This document shows, in pieces, positions 26,342-38,059 of a stretch of DNA of 64,000 bases. The stretch spans positions 90,172 to 154,171 of the forward strand of contig CAYQEJ010000002.1 of NCBI GenBank assembly GCA_964416505.1. The letters run 5' to 3'. The first letter of the stretch is position 1. Every line of letters begins with the position of its first letter. Made by a program: the position numbers and the translations under genes. Under the pieces are notes generated by a model. The model was not told the origin of the DNA and did no database searches. It was given only the letters and a program-made list of their open reading frames with translations. Origin of the DNA: an uncultured Gammaproteobacteria bacterium (GTDB taxonomy: Bacteria; Patescibacteriota; Microgenomatia; Levybacterales; UBA12049).

Positions 26342-29157
26342 GAAAACATTTCCCTCATTGGCTTCTGCCAAACTTTTTTTAGTTCATCTATGTTTGCTGT
26401 AATTTTTTTATTAGCCAACCCAATTTCAATATTTTTATCTTTTTTTGTTTTTCCAAGAATTTTATAATTCAATTTTTTGAACATTTTATTTGCAATTTTT
26501 TCATTTTCAACTTCTACTAAAAAAGCTCCTGCCGTTTCATTAAAAAGAAAATAATCTTCTCTTTTATTTTTTGGCAGTTTAATATTTACCCCTAAATCCC
26601 CTCCAACACACATTTCAAAAATACTTGAAAAAATCCCCCCTTCGCTTATGTCGTGACAAGATAAAATATTTCCGGAAATGATTTCTTTATTAATTACTTT
26701 TGCTATTTTCCTAAATTTCTTTAAGTCAATTTTAGGGACGTCTTTTCCAACCAAATTATTTACATCAAAGTATGTCGATCCACCCATCGATTCGATATCT
26801 AAATCTCCAACGAGACAAACTGTAGAATTTTCCTTTTTAAAATCGGATGAAATAGTCTTTGATGCATCCGGAATCCTGCCAAAAACCGAGATACATAAAA
26901 CTGGTGGAATTTTTATTACCATATCTCCTTTTCGATAAGTTGATGACAAACTATCTTTTCCAGAAATTACAGGAATTTTTAAATTTCTCATTATGCTCAC
27001 AACTGCATCTACCGAGCTATCAAGACTAGCGAGTGATTCTTCATCAGGAAATGGCCAAATATAATTATTTATGAGTGACGCATCTTCGATATTTCCCCCA
27101 ACTGAGACAAAATTTGACAATGCCTCCACACCAGCCCAAATACTTCCATGAAATGAATCAATTCTATTTAAAATTGGGTTAAGCCCATGAGATAAAACCA
27201 TTCCGTATTTTTTATTAAGGAGAGGTCTTAATACAACACTGTCATTTGGGCTATCTAAATTCTCTCCGGAATACGGCTGCAAATCAGTTGTCCCCTGCAC
27301 TGAATGATCATACATTCGAACTATTGGTTCTTTTGAATTTATATTTCCATGCGACAAAACTTTTTTAAATATTTCAATCCATTCCTTTTCATTTTTTGGA
27401 GATTTAGGAGTTTTATTATCTAAAACATACCTGACAGTATTTCCGATCATATTTCTTTGAGGAAGACCGTTATGTAGAAATTCCATTGAAAGATTTGCGA
27501 CATTTTTTTTACCGAAAAATACTTCAAGTTTTTTTGTATTCGTAAAACTTCCCAAGACAGTCGATTCAACATTATACTTTCTGCAAATTTCCAAAAACTT
27601 TTTTGAGTTTTTCCTAGATACAGCTAAAACCATTCTTTCTTGAGATTCAGAGACCCAAATTTCCCATGGAGAAAGTCCATGATATTTAAGTGGCGCTAAA
27701 GCTAAATCAATTTTTACTCCAGTTTTAGAACCCATCTCCCCAATCGCTGAAGAAAATCCGCCTGCACCACAGTCCGTCATCGCGTTTATAAGTCCACTAT
27801 CACGCGCTTCAATAATCGCATCAAACATTCTTTTCTCTTCAATCGCATTCCCAATTTGAACAGCAGAAGAATTTACTGAAATCGTTTTATCTGTCATCTC
27901 TCCAGATGAAAATGTTGCCCCATGAACACCATCTCTTCCTGTTCTACTCCCAACTGCAATAACTAAATCTCCTTTATTAGGAATCCCTTTTTTTGCATAT
28001 TTTGTCGGAATTATTCCATAAGCTCCAACGATAACAGTTGGCTTAGCACGAAAATCATTATGAAAATGCACTGATCCATTATTTGTGGGAATTCCCATTC
28101 TGTTACCATAATCCCTGACACCATATACAACTCTCTTAAATAAATAATCAGGAGGGAGGCATCCTGCCGGCAATTCCTTAGAAGATAAATTTGGTTTTGC
28201 AAAACAGAAAATATCTGTGGAAGCAATTGTCTTAGCACCTTGTCCTGTTCCTAAAACATCACGAAATACACCACCGCTTCCTGTCATCGCCCCTCCATAT
28301 GGTTCTATTGCAGAAGGACTATTATGAGTTTCGACTTTTCCGCAAATTGAATAACCGTCATAAAATTTCATTACCCCAGAATTGTCCGAAAATGCAGAAA
28401 CTATATTTTTCGGGTGCTTTAATGCTTCTTTTCTAATTCTTTCCATTAATGGCATTTTCTTTTTTCCATCAATTGTTAAATTTGCTTTAAAAGTTTTATG
28501 AGCACAGTGCTCACTCCAAGTCTGAGCTAAAGTTTCTAGCTCTAAATCCGTTGGATCTCTTTTAATTTTTATAAAATAATTTTGAATAACTTTCATCTCA
28601 TCCAAATTAAGAAATAATTTATCTTTTGAAAGATTTATCAGATCATCGTCTGAACAATTTCTAATAGATACCACATTTGTAGGTCCAACTTTCCCTTCTA
28701 TAATTAGAGTCTCTGGTTCTTTTTCTACAACATATTCAATAAGCGGATTATAAAGTCTTTCATGATTTATAAATTCATGTATCTCTTCAAGATTTATTTT
28801 TCCAAAAAAATAATATTCCGTTGAAGAGTCTGCAGCTATAATTTTTGTTTTAAGATCTTTTGCGGATTTTAAAATTGATCCAACTTCAGGATTCATAACT
28901 CCTGGTTTATATGCAATTTCAATTTTTTTTGAACTATCATTAAATACTTTTTTATCAATAGTGTATTCTTGATTAATTTCCTCGGAAAATAATTTATCAG
29001 CTAAATATTTAGCAGTTTTTTTATCTGTACCTTCTAACCTGTAAACTCTCGCTGTTCTAATTTTGGAAGTATTATTTTTACCTAACTGAGCAAATAAATG
29101 CGTAGCTTTTAAATCATCTTTTTCTTCTTTCGAAACAACTCTAATTACATGAATCAT
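26338..29157 (-). CDS. purL: Phosphoribosylformylglycinamidine synthase II with fused N-terminal PurS-like domain
   Basis: 939 aa. The first roughly 80 aa resemble PurS (VRVTLK-like). The rest carries PurL AIR-synthase-related repeats (DFGAGG-like CGAGGFSSAIGE). Confidence 0.85.
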   Translation of the reverse strand: MIHVIRVVSKEEKDDLKATHLFAQLGKNNTSKIRTARVYRLEGTDKKTAKYLADKLFSEEINQEYTIDKKVFNDSSKKIEIAYKPGVMNPEVGSILKSAKDLKTKIIAADSSTEYYFFGKINLEEIHEFINHERLYNPLIEYVVEKEPETLIIEGKVGPTNVVSIRNCSDDDLINLSKDKLFLNLDEMKVIQNYFIKIKRDPTDLELETLAQTWSEHCAHKTFKANLTIDGKKKMPLMERIRKEALKHPKNIVSAFSDNSGVMKFYDGYSICGKVETHNSPSAIEPYGGAMTGSGGVFRDVLGTGQGAKTIASTDIFCFAKPNLSSKELPAGCLPPDYLFKRVVYGVRDYGNRMGIPTNNGSVHFHNDFRAKPTVIVGAYGIIPTKYAKKGIPNKGDLVIAVGSRTGRDGVHGATFSSGEMTDKTISVNSSAVQIGNAIEEKRMFDAIIEARDSGLINAMTDCGAGGFSSAIGEMGSKTGVKIDLALAPLKYHGLSPWEIWVSESQERMVLAVSRKNSKKFLEICRKYNVESTVLGSFTNTKKLEVFFGKKNVANLSMEFLHNGLPQRNMIGNTVRYVLDNKTPKSPKNEKEWIEIFKKVLSHGNINSKEPIVRMYDHSVQGTTDLQPYSGENLDSPNDSVVLRPLLNKKYGMVLSHGLNPILNRIDSFHGSIWAGVEALSNFVSVGGNIEDASLINNYIWPFPDEESLASLDSSVDAVVSIMRNLKIPVISGKDSLSSTYRKGDMVIKIPPVLCISVFGRIPDASKTISSDFKKENSTVCLVGDLDIESMGGSTYFDVNNLVGKDVPKIDLKKFRKIAKVINKEIISGNILSCHDISEGGIFSSIFEMCVGGDLGVNIKLPKNKREDYFLFNETAGAFLVEVENEKIANKMFKKLNYKILGKTKKDKNIEIGLANKKITANIDELKKVWQKPMREMFS

Positions 29158-30449
29158 ATTACTCTTTCTAAATCACGCCAGCCGATATCAGTTCTGTAAT
29201 GAAGATTATTTCCTGAAACATTTATATAAGAAATTGCACCATATGCCCTACTCCTTGCAGAATCTAAATTTAATCCTTCACCTACAATATGAAAAACTCT
29301 TCCACCATTAACGATAAATCTATCTTTTTCTTTCGAAATCCCTGCTCCAAAAACTAAAACGTTTGGAAATTTATTTATTTTTTCTAAACCTCTTACATTT
29401 TTTCCTTTAACGGAGGCATAATCCAATGGATAACCTTTCGCACATCCTGCAACACTTACTCTTTTTAAATTATCAGTTTTCAGTTTTGTTTTTTTAAGTT
29501 TTTTATTAATTACTGATTCTATCAAGTTTAAATAATCAGTTTTAATTCCCGGTATTAAAACTTCAGCTTCCGGATCTCCCCATCTAGAATTAAATTCAAC
29601 AATTTTTACACCATCATTAGTTATCATGCCTCCTAAGTAAAGTATTCCACTATAATTTCTTTTTTCTTTTTTCATTCCGTTCATAAAGGGGATTAAAATT
29701 TTTTTGTCAATTTCATTTAATGTTTTACTGTTTATAATCTGAGGATTGGACACGCATCCCATTCCTCCGGTATTAAGACCCTCATCGCCATTAAAGACTC
29801 TTTTATGATCCTGCGCACTTCCAATTATTTGATAATTTTCTCCATCACATATTACGAATAAAGAAAATTCTTCACCTATCATTTCTTCTTCAACTAAAAA
29901 AATCTTACCTGAATCTCCAAAATTTTTCATTTGCTTTATGGCATCAATTGCTTCTTTTTTATTCCCAGCTCTAATAGCGCCTTTTCCCAAAGCTAGTCCT
30001 GATGCTTTTATAAAAAGAGACTGCTCTCTCAAACTTTTTACGTAAAATATTCCTTTTTTAGGATCACTAAAAGATTTAAAATGCGGAATCGGCAAGTGAT
30101 ACTTAAGCATAAAATTTCTGGACCACTCTTTATTCCATTCAATTTCAGATGCCAGCTTAGTCGGCCCAAACACCTTAATTCCTAATTCACCTAGCTTATC
30201 AACAAATCCTAAAGATAGTGGATCATCCGAAGATACATCTACTAAATCAATTTTATATTTATAAATTATTTTTTTTATATTTTCAAAATCTACAGAAGAT
30301 ATTTCGATTAAAGAAATAGACTTTTTATTTTTATAGTCTATAAAAGGATTTCCAGGAGTTATAAATATTTTTTTTACTTTTTTATTCTTAGCATAAGCAT
30401 CTGCTAGAACATGTTCCCTTCCACCAGATCCAATTATTAAAATATTCAT
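29154..30449 (-). CDS. purD: Phosphoribosylamine--glycine ligase
   Basis: MNILIIGSGGREH N-terminus with an ATP-grasp fold. Confidence 0.9.
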   Translation of the reverse strand: MNILIIGSGGREHVLADAYAKNKKVKKIFITPGNPFIDYKNKKSISLIEISSVDFENIKKIIYKYKIDLVDVSSDDPLSLGFVDKLGELGIKVFGPTKLASEIEWNKEWSRNFMLKYHLPIPHFKSFSDPKKGIFYVKSLREQSLFIKASGLALGKGAIRAGNKKEAIDAIKQMKNFGDSGKIFLVEEEMIGEEFSLFVICDGENYQIIGSAQDHKRVFNGDEGLNTGGMGCVSNPQIINSKTLNEIDKKILIPFMNGMKKEKRNYSGILYLGGMITNDGVKIVEFNSRWGDPEAEVLIPGIKTDYLNLIESVINKKLKKTKLKTDNLKRVSVAGCAKGYPLDYASVKGKNVRGLEKINKFPNVLVFGAGISKEKDRFIVNGGRVFHIVGEGLNLDSARSRAYGAISYINVSGNNLHYRTDIGWRDLERVI

Positions 30450-31042
30450 TTACAAATTTTACTTAGTACATCTACGTACATTTTATTTTCTTTTTTCTTA
30501 AGTCTTGTATACAAAGATTCTATAGAGTCTCCCTTCTCAATCTTTTCAAATGTTTTTCCTAAGACCTTACCAAAATCAAATTGATTAGATAAAAAATGTA
30601 TTGTCGATCCAGCATAAGTTGCATTATTATCTAAAAAATTTTTAATTGCAACATCTGTTAATTTACCCCTATTCCAAATTCCTTTTGTCTTATCGGGATT
30701 ATAAACAAATCCATCAATTTTATCCGGAATAAGCCCTGGATGAAGATTTAATATTTTATATTTTTTTATAATCTCATCAGGTACTATTAACTTCCATCCC
30801 GCTAAACAAATGTAATCTATATTATATTTACTTAATGAGCTTTCTAATTCATCTTTTTTAACAATTTCTGTTTTTATATTATTTTCTTTAGCTCGTACTA
30901 AACCGTATGCATCAATATCACTGCTAATAACAATGCTTATTCTTGCATTTATTTTTTTTGAATTTATTCCCTCAATAATCGCCTGAAGATTTGAACCTGT
31001 TCCAGCATTTGATATGAGAACTGCGAGGTTTTTCATTAACAA
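30446..31042 (-). CDS. purN: Phosphoribosylglycinamide formyltransferase
   Basis: LAVLISNAGTGSNLQAII and the NLHPGL motif, as in PurN. Confidence 0.8.
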   Translation of the reverse strand: MLMKNLAVLISNAGTGSNLQAIIEGINSKKINARISIVISSDIDAYGLVRAKENNIKTEIVKKDELESSLSKYNIDYICLAGWKLIVPDEIIKKYKILNLHPGLIPDKIDGFVYNPDKTKGIWNRGKLTDVAIKNFLDNNATYAGSTIHFLSNQFDFGKVLGKTFEKIEKGDSIESLYTRLKKKENKMYVDVLSKICK

Positions 31043-32457
31043 TTAAAATTAATTAAACGTGAGTATTTTCCAATATCAATTGGATAATTTCCAGTAAAAC
31101 ATGCGGTGCATAATTTCTCTTCAGGAACACCTATTGCCCTAAGCAATCCTTTGTATGAAAGATAATATAACGAATCAGATCCGATAAATTTTCTAATATT
31201 TGCGATACTCATATTGGCTCCAATCAAATTTTTTTGTTTTGGAGTATCGATACCATAAAAATCAGGAAATTTTACAGGAGGAGACGAAGAAATCAAGTGA
31301 ACTTTTTTGGCACCATTTTTCTTAAGCATTAATACAAGTTTTTTAGATGTGGTTCCCCTAACTATGGAATCATCAATTACAACTACAGTTTTCCCCTTTA
31401 TAGTTTCTCCAATTGGATTATGCTTCATTTCAACTCCCCTTTCCCTAAGATGTTGATCTGGCATTATGAAAGTTCTTCCAATATATCTATTTTTAGTTAA
31501 AGCAAACTCTAACGGAATTTTTAATTTAGAAGCATATCCAATTGCAGCTGGAACGGAAGAATCAGGAACTGGAATAACCATATCAGCTTTTATGGGATTT
31601 TCCTTAGCAAGTTGAATTCCCATGTTCTTCCTAACCTCATAAATACTTTTTCCCATAAGATAACTATCCGGTCGAGAAAAGTAAACAAACTCAAAAATAT
31701 CTAATTTTAAATTTGGTTGTGCTAACTGATATGACTTAAGACCTTTTGAGCTAACAACAACCATTTCTCCTGGTTTTATATCTCTTAAAACAATTCCATC
31801 AACAGTGTCTATCGCACATGTCTCAGATGAAAAAACGTAACCTCCTCCAAGTCTCCCAATCGAAAATGGTCTTATTCCATATGAATCCCTCACTGCAGCG
31901 ATTTTATCTTTTGTCATTACCAACAAGCAAAATGCACCTTTAAACATAGGGAAAGATTTTTTTATAGCCTCTTCCAGAGATCCGGTCTTAACTAAAAAAT
32001 ATCTTATGATCTGATGCATAAGTTCAGAATCATTCAAACCATCTGTATAAAAACCTTGCTCTTTAAGAAATTTAGAAAGATTATCCGTAACAGGAAGATT
32101 TCCATTGTGTGCTAGAACCAAAACATCATCTGGACCTCTTCTAGATGTTACTGGCTGAATGTGAGTATCGTGTATTCCTCCTGAGGTTGCATATCTATTA
32201 TGACCTATTGCCATGTGACCTTTTAAATTTTTAAAATTCTCCTCATTGTAGACCTGAGCTACTAAACCTTGTCCTTTATGTGTTCTTATTCTTTTTCCAT
32301 TCGATGCAGAAATTCCCGAACTCTCCTGACCTCTGTGTTGAAGTGTATATAATCCGAAATATGTTAATCTAGCAGCTTGAAGACCCTTTCTACCATACAC
32401 GCCAAATAAGGCGCATTTTTCATTTATTTTTTCTGGATCCTTTTTTAAACTCATCAA
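31036..32457 (-). CDS. purF: Amidophosphoribosyltransferase
   Basis: N-terminal nucleophile Cys (CALFGVYG), the glutamine amidotransferase type 2 domain and a PRTase motif (VVVIDDSIVRGTT). Confidence 0.9.
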   Translation of the reverse strand: MMSLKKDPEKINEKCALFGVYGRKGLQAARLTYFGLYTLQHRGQESSGISASNGKRIRTHKGQGLVAQVYNEENFKNLKGHMAIGHNRYATSGGIHDTHIQPVTSRRGPDDVLVLAHNGNLPVTDNLSKFLKEQGFYTDGLNDSELMHQIIRYFLVKTGSLEEAIKKSFPMFKGAFCLLVMTKDKIAAVRDSYGIRPFSIGRLGGGYVFSSETCAIDTVDGIVLRDIKPGEMVVVSSKGLKSYQLAQPNLKLDIFEFVYFSRPDSYLMGKSIYEVRKNMGIQLAKENPIKADMVIPVPDSSVPAAIGYASKLKIPLEFALTKNRYIGRTFIMPDQHLRERGVEMKHNPIGETIKGKTVVVIDDSIVRGTTSKKLVLMLKKNGAKKVHLISSSPPVKFPDFYGIDTPKQKNLIGANMSIANIRKFIGSDSLYYLSYKGLLRAIGVPEEKLCTACFTGNYPIDIGKYSRLINFNC

Positions 32458-33902
32458 CTACTTAGGGCTTCCAAATTTTTTTGATTAAATTCTTTATAAA
32501 TAATTTTTTTACCAGTGATCTTTTGATAAATTTTACTATAACGATTGCTTACTTGTTTTGCAAGAGATTGAGTCATTTTTGGCGGCTCTCCATTTCCTTT
32601 ATATCCTCTTTTTGCATACCAAAGTCTCAAAAATTCTTTATCAAAATTTTCTGGCTCTAGTCCCTTTTTAAAACGATCTACATAGGTCTTTTTTATCCAA
32701 AATCTTGATGAATCTGGTGTATGAATCTCATCAATTAAAATTAATTTCCCTTTTTCATCAATTCCGAATTCATACTTAGTATCAACTAAAATAATTCCGC
32801 CTTTTGCGCAAATTTTTTCTCCTCTTTCAAATAATTTGATCGCTACATTTTTCATCTCTCGCCAAATTTTAGGAGTAACTATTTTTCTTTGAATTATTTC
32901 TTTTTCTGTCAATCTTTCATCATGGCCTTTTTCTGCTTTTGTAGTAGGGGTAACTATTGGTTTTTCCAATTTTTGATTTTTTTTCAGTCCGTCAGGAAAC
33001 TTAATTCCATAAATTACCCTATCGCCTTTTTGATATGAACCCCAAATAGAAGTATCTGTAACGCCTGTAATATAACCCCTAACAACCATCTCTATCGGTA
33101 TGGATTTCACATTCTTAGCAATCATTACGTTTGGATGAGGGATGGAAATCATATGATTTTGGACTATGTCTTTTGTTTTATCAAACCAAAATGCAGATAT
33201 CTGATTTAGTACCGCACCTTTACCTGGTATCAAACCAAGCACGCGATCAAAAGCTGAAATTCTATCAGTTGTGATTAATATTCTCTTTCCATTACTAACA
33301 TAATAATCTCTAACTTTACCCTGATATTTTTTACCAAATCCATTTAAATCCACAGTGTCAATTTTTTTCTTCCTACTTAAAGCTGCTACCATACCATCGT
33401 ACAAAACATCTGGACAAGCCCAAAATGCATCACCAAAAATTTCTGGTTTTTCCACAAGATTTTTCATAAGTAATTTTTTTGAAAATTTTTTAAAACTTAC
33501 AGATTCATGATTTAATTTTGGCTTTTGATCAGATTTAATTTCAAAAATAATAAAATAATGATTTTCATCTCTTCCAAGAATTTTTCTCTGGAAAATTGTT
33601 TTACCAATATATTTATACTTAAATTTTGAGATTCCCAGTTCTTCCAAAGCTTCTCTTTTTAAAGCATCTTCATAGGATTCACCAGAACGAATATGTCCTC
33701 CAACGGGAGAAACATATTTTCCTGGATCCTGCCTATCTTTTGCTTGCTTCACTAAAAGAAAATTTCCTTTAGAATCAATTACCTGAGCTATAACTATTTT
33801 ATGTAGCAATCCCTTTTTATGAGCTGCTAACTTATCAACTGAATAAGTTTTTTTCAAATTCTTATCTACAATATCAATTTTTTCTAAATTATTATTTTTC
33901 AT
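32454..33902 (-). CDS. purC: NUDIX hydrolase domain fused to SAICAR synthetase
   Basis: N-terminal Nudix box [24 protein letters not shown]. The C-terminal roughly 300 aa are PurC-like (KVRDYYV...[12 protein letters not shown]). Confidence 0.8.
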   Translation of the reverse strand: MKNNNLEKIDIVDKNLKKTYSVDKLAAHKKGLLHKIVIAQVIDSKGNFLLVKQAKDRQDPGKYVSPVGGHIRSGESYEDALKREALEELGISKFKYKYIGKTIFQRKILGRDENHYFIIFEIKSDQKPKLNHESVSFKKFSKKLLMKNLVEKPEIFGDAFWACPDVLYDGMVAALSRKKKIDTVDLNGFGKKYQGKVRDYYVSNGKRILITTDRISAFDRVLGLIPGKGAVLNQISAFWFDKTKDIVQNHMISIPHPNVMIAKNVKSIPIEMVVRGYITGVTDTSIWGSYQKGDRVIYGIKFPDGLKKNQKLEKPIVTPTTKAEKGHDERLTEKEIIQRKIVTPKIWREMKNVAIKLFERGEKICAKGGIILVDTKYEFGIDEKGKLILIDEIHTPDSSRFWIKKTYVDRFKKGLEPENFDKEFLRLWYAKRGYKGNGEPPKMTQSLAKQVSNRYSKIYQKITGKKIIYKEFNQKNLEALSS

Positions 33903-34404
33903 CTAAATATTTTTGGAATCCAAGTTTTTCTAATTTACTCACTTTCTTCAATACTTCTTTTTCCATATTTTTTTTAAATTCTAAAACCTTATTTGCAACT
34001 TTTTTATTTGATATTCCTATAATACTTGCTGCTAAAATCCCTGCATTTTTTGCTCCGTTTACAGCAACAGTCGCGACAGGAATCCCGGGTGGCATTTGAA
34101 CAATAGATAGAAGCGAATCCATTCCATCGAATGTTTTACTTTTTACTGGAACTCCAATAACTGGAATATTTGTTAGCGATGCAACCATTCCTGGCAAATG
34201 AGCTGACCCACCAGCTCCGGCAATTATTACTTTCGATTTTTTATTTGCAGATTTAGCAAATTCAAACATTCTCTCAGGAGTTCTATGCGCAGATACTATT
34301 GTAAGTTCATAAGTAACACCTAGTAAATCAAGAATTTCAGCTGCTTCCTTCATAACTCCTAAATCTGAATCGGATCCCATTATTATGGCTACATCTTTTT
34401 TCAT
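33892..34404 (-). CDS. purE: N5-carboxyaminoimidazole ribonucleotide mutase
   Basis: [13 protein letters not shown]...[10 protein letters not shown] and [13 protein letters not shown] match PurE. Confidence 0.9.
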   Translation of the reverse strand: MKKDVAIIMGSDSDLGVMKEAAEILDLLGVTYELTIVSAHRTPERMFEFAKSANKKSKVIIAGAGGSAHLPGMVASLTNIPVIGVPVKSKTFDGMDSLLSIVQMPPGIPVATVAVNGAKNAGILAASIIGISNKKVANKVLEFKKNMEKEVLKKVSKLEKLGFQKYLDEK

Positions 34405-35531
34405 ATTTGAAGCGCCTTTCTTGCTTTATTTGCTTTTTGAAGGTTTACCTTAGCAGAATCGCCTACTACAGTAATGTGCCCCATTTTTCTTCCAATCTTC
34501 GAATTTTTCTTATTGTACAAATGGTATGAAACTCCAGGAATTTTTAACGCTTTTTCAATTCCCTTAGGATGACCTGACCCTTCATGTTCACCCAGAATAT
34601 TTTTCATAACTGCTGATTTTACAATTAGATCTGTCGAACCAAGAGGAAGTCCAGTAATTGCTCTTATATGTTGCTCAAACTGAGAAGTAACGCTCGCCTC
34701 AATTGTATAGTGACCAGAATTATGTACCCTTGGAGCGATTTCGTTTATTAAAACTTTTCCATCTTTCGTTAGAAACATTTCAATCCCGAATACCCCAGCT
34801 CCTTTAAGTGAATTCATCGTTTTCTTAGCTAATGCTTGCGCTTTTTTATTTGAAATACTAGAGACCTTAGCTGGCACAATAACTGTGTCACAAACACTAT
34901 TTACATGAATTGTCTCTACTACTGGATATACTTTAATTTCTCCATTTACGCTTCTTGCAACCATAACAGCAAGCTCTTTAACAAAAGGAACAAACTTTTC
35001 TACATAAAGTTTTCTATCTTTTAATTTTTCTAAACCTTTATCAATATCTTTTTTACTTTTTATTAAAAAATTTCCTTTTCCATCATATGCATCTTCGCGA
35101 GCTTTTAACAAAACCGGTAAACCGAAATTTTCAATTGCTTTTTCAATTTCATTTTTATTTTCAACAGCAATAAAATCTGCAACAGGAATTTTATTTTTCT
35201 TTAAAAATTCTTTTTGCCTAAGCTTATCTTTAATTATTGAAATTGTTTTTGGAGATGGATGAACTTCTTTTTTCTTTGCAATTTCCTCAAGAACTTCGTC
35301 ATTCACAAATTCTGCATCAATTGTGATAATGTCAGAAATTTTTGCTAACTCTCTGGTAACATTCTCATCTTTATAACCACCTATTAATTGCTTGTCAGCA
35401 ATCTGACCAGCGGGGCTTTCGGGGGTGGGATCAGTAACAACTACCATGAATCCCATTTTTTTTGCAGCAATCGTTAGCATCTTAGCGAGTTGTCCTCCAC
35501 CCACAATGCCTATTGTTGCTGGATAAGTCAT
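34401..35531 (-). CDS. purK: N5-carboxyaminoimidazole ribonucleotide synthetase
   Basis: ATP-grasp with an [13 protein letters not shown]-terminus. TGA stop overlaps the purE start. Promoter TTGACA-16-TAAAAT upstream. Confidence 0.85.
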   Translation of the reverse strand: MTYPATIGIVGGGQLAKMLTIAAKKMGFMVVVTDPTPESPAGQIADKQLIGGYKDENVTRELAKISDIITIDAEFVNDEVLEEIAKKKEVHPSPKTISIIKDKLRQKEFLKKNKIPVADFIAVENKNEIEKAIENFGLPVLLKAREDAYDGKGNFLIKSKKDIDKGLEKLKDRKLYVEKFVPFVKELAVMVARSVNGEIKVYPVVETIHVNSVCDTVIVPAKVSSISNKKAQALAKKTMNSLKGAGVFGIEMFLTKDGKVLINEIAPRVHNSGHYTIEASVTSQFEQHIRAITGLPLGSTDLIVKSAVMKNILGEHEGSGHPKGIEKALKIPGVSYHLYNKKNSKIGRKMGHITVVGDSAKVNLQKANKARKALQI

Positions 35532-35586
35532 GCTTTGATTTTATTTTTTTTCTAGAAATTGTCAATGGGTTATCTTTTCAACCAAA

Positions 35587-37242
35587 TTACCAACTTCCTC
35601 CTCCGCCACCCCCTCCTCCGCCACCAGAAAAACCTCCTGAAGACCCACTGGAGGAAGAAGGAGCAGACGTTGTCATATTAGAGCTAACTGAACTATAAAA
35701 AGCGCCATAAGATAAATAGAAATTTCCATGATATCCACTGTACCACGTAGGATTATAATCTGGTTTTATAATTTTTAATTGATCCATGAATTTGTCTATA
35801 TATCCAAGCGCCATGGCGTACGGAATCATTTGCTCAACTGTGTAAAATTTCTTTGCCTGCCATTCATAATTTCTATCCATACTTTTAAGAAACAGTTTTA
35901 GTCCATCAATTTTGAAATCTATTTCATCTCCAAGCGCAGTTCTTCCAATTAACTTTCTTGATAAATAAATTAGAACAATTCCCAGAATAAAACCTCCGCT
36001 AAAAAGCGCAATCATACCTAAAACTACAAGAAGTCCTTTTTGAATTTTAGGGTTTTTAAAATAATATTTTTTATCTACAAGCTCTTTAAAAATATCATCT
36101 TCCATACTCTGAAATGTTTTATAGAAATCTTTTTTTAAATCTTCAGCAAGGACACTTTGCCCATCTTCAAAAAGCCTGTCGAAAACTCGTTCTTCAAATT
36201 TACTAAAAGTCTTATCTCTTTCTTTTAATTTTGTAATTTTTTGTTCTACTTTATCTGGACGAAGTTGTTTTTTTATTTTTATTTCCTCAAGTTTTATATA
36301 TTTTCTGATTGCCAAATCAAAAATAGTCGCTACTACGTCATCTCTCTCAAGTTTTGCACTATCTATTGTTCCTGAAATCGCGGGAGCAATTCGTTTACCA
36401 AATTCATCTTTTGGAATGTCAAAATTTACAGATGGGGGGCCAAATCTTTTTTTATTTTTCTTTTTTTCATACCAGATCATTAGGACAATTGGTAAAACTA
36501 AATTTATAAATAAAAAAATTAACCAAATATTTTTTAAGAAAGTCTCACCTATTTTTTCTGATGTGGTCTTTGGCAATTCTTTGTATAGAACACTGGGAGG
36601 AAACGTTCCTTTTGGAAAAACTGCTACTCCCGTTAGACCATAGCCCGGATAAAGAATTTGTCCAGATGAAATTACGCCTTTATTAATTGAACAACTTTTA
36701 TCTTTTCCTCCATATGCGCCTTCATAACAAATATAATTCGTGGGTTTGATATTAAAATCAGAATTAATTTTTAAACTTGCTTTATTAATTGTCGCTTCCC
36801 ATTCATTACCAGTCGCATTCCAATAAATCTCATCATAATCAGGGAAATTACTACCGATACCATTTTGCACTGTGTACGAAATTTTATATAAATGTTCTCC
36901 AGTTATAGTCTTGTTGGCATTTCCAATTTTAAAAGAAATTTTTTCTTTAGAATTTGTAGTTTCAAATTTTTCTTTTTTTCCGTCACGCTCTATAAGAACA
37001 TTTTGTATTTTAATGATTCTATATAAATCTCCTACTTTTGAAAAAAGCGGTATATCTCTATAAATTCCATGACGTGACGAGTAACCAAAATCGTATTGAA
37101 TATTTTCAACAACATCCATTGATCCATCTTTATGCGCTGTAAGACTTACATCAAAAGAATTTATTTCTTCAGCGAATGCAGATGGGGCAATAAAAAACAA
37201 ATACAGAACAAAAGTAAGAACAATAAAAAAAATCTTCTTCAT
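35587..37242 (-). CDS. DUF2207-family membrane protein with Gly-rich C-terminal tail
   Basis: Signal peptide MKKIFFIVLTFVLYLFFIAPSAFA, a large extracellular domain, TM helices and a C-terminal SGGFSGGGGGGGGGGSW tail characteristic of DUF2207. Confidence 0.55.
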   Translation of the reverse strand: MKKIFFIVLTFVLYLFFIAPSAFAEEINSFDVSLTAHKDGSMDVVENIQYDFGYSSRHGIYRDIPLFSKVGDLYRIIKIQNVLIERDGKKEKFETTNSKEKISFKIGNANKTITGEHLYKISYTVQNGIGSNFPDYDEIYWNATGNEWEATINKASLKINSDFNIKPTNYICYEGAYGGKDKSCSINKGVISSGQILYPGYGLTGVAVFPKGTFPPSVLYKELPKTTSEKIGETFLKNIWLIFLFINLVLPIVLMIWYEKKKNKKRFGPPSVNFDIPKDEFGKRIAPAISGTIDSAKLERDDVVATIFDLAIRKYIKLEEIKIKKQLRPDKVEQKITKLKERDKTFSKFEERVFDRLFEDGQSVLAEDLKKDFYKTFQSMEDDIFKELVDKKYYFKNPKIQKGLLVVLGMIALFSGGFILGIVLIYLSRKLIGRTALGDEIDFKIDGLKLFLKSMDRNYEWQAKKFYTVEQMIPYAMALGYIDKFMDQLKIIKPDYNPTWYSGYHGNFYLSYGAFYSSVSSNMTTSAPSSSSGSSGGFSGGGGGGGGGGSW

Positions 37243-37264
37243 TACCAAAATTATACACGAGATT

Positions 37265-38059
37265 TTGTATAATCTTATAATGAATTTAATCACTCTTAAT
37301 ACATGGGGTGGAAAAGCTCTAGAGCCACTACTTGATTTCATTTCAAAAAAATCATCTAAAGTAGATATTTTTTGCTTTCAAGAGATATATGACTCATCGA
37401 TATCCAAAAATACTCCTTCTGAATTCCGAGCAAATCTTTTATCTGAAATAAAAAATATATTACCTGGATACCATTATTTATATTCACCACAGTTTAGTGG
37501 TCGTGAATTCCATGCAAAAGTTGATTATCCACTTTCTCAAGGCTTAGCTACATTTTGGAAAAAAGATTTAGAAATAAAAAGCAAAGGAGACATTTTTTTA
37601 TTTGCACAAAAAGATGAAATAATTGAAGTGCCAGGTGAAGATTTTATTATCCCGCCTCGAAATATTCAGTATTTAATTTTTGAAAATTTTATGTGTCTGA
37701 ATCTACACGGATACTGGGCTCCTCTTCCAAAATTCGACACTCCTCAAAGATTAGAACAATCCATAAAAATAATTGAGTTCATTAAGAAGATAAATTTGCC
37801 AGTTATTTTATGTGGAGATTTTAATCTTGGAATAAACACTCAATCTATTTTAATGTTTGAAAATTTTGGACTAGAAAATTTAGTTAGAAAATATAAATTA
37901 AAAACAACAAGAACTAATCTATATGATGAAAAATGGAAAAAGTTTGATGAATTCGCCGATTATATTTTTACAAAAGATATTAAAATAAACGTTTTTAAAA
38001 CTATGAATGATGATATCTCTGATCACTTACCACTTTTTCTCGAATTTGAGCTAAAGTAA
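37265..38059 (+). CDS. Endonuclease/exonuclease/phosphatase (EEP) family protein
   Basis: LNTWGG N-terminus, FCFQE and a C-terminal SDHLPL, as in EEP family catalytic motifs. Confidence 0.65.
   Translation: MYNLIMNLITLNTWGGKALEPLLDFISKKSSKVDIFCFQEIYDSSISKNTPSEFRANLLSEIKNILPGYHYLYSPQFSGREFHAKVDYPLSQGLATFWKKDLEIKSKGDIFLFAQKDEIIEVPGEDFIIPPRNIQYLIFENFMCLNLHGYWAPLPKFDTPQRLEQSIKIIEFIKKINLPVILCGDFNLGINTQSILMFENFGLENLVRKYKLKTTRTNLYDEKWKKFDEFADYIFTKDIKINVFKTMNDDISDHLPLFLEFELK

Noticed and set aside
35531-35600. Purine riboswitch upstream of the pur operon
   Set aside because: The purK start is only about 55 nt from the preceding gene, and a promoter sits at -10/-35 distance from the ATG. This leaves no room for an aptamer.
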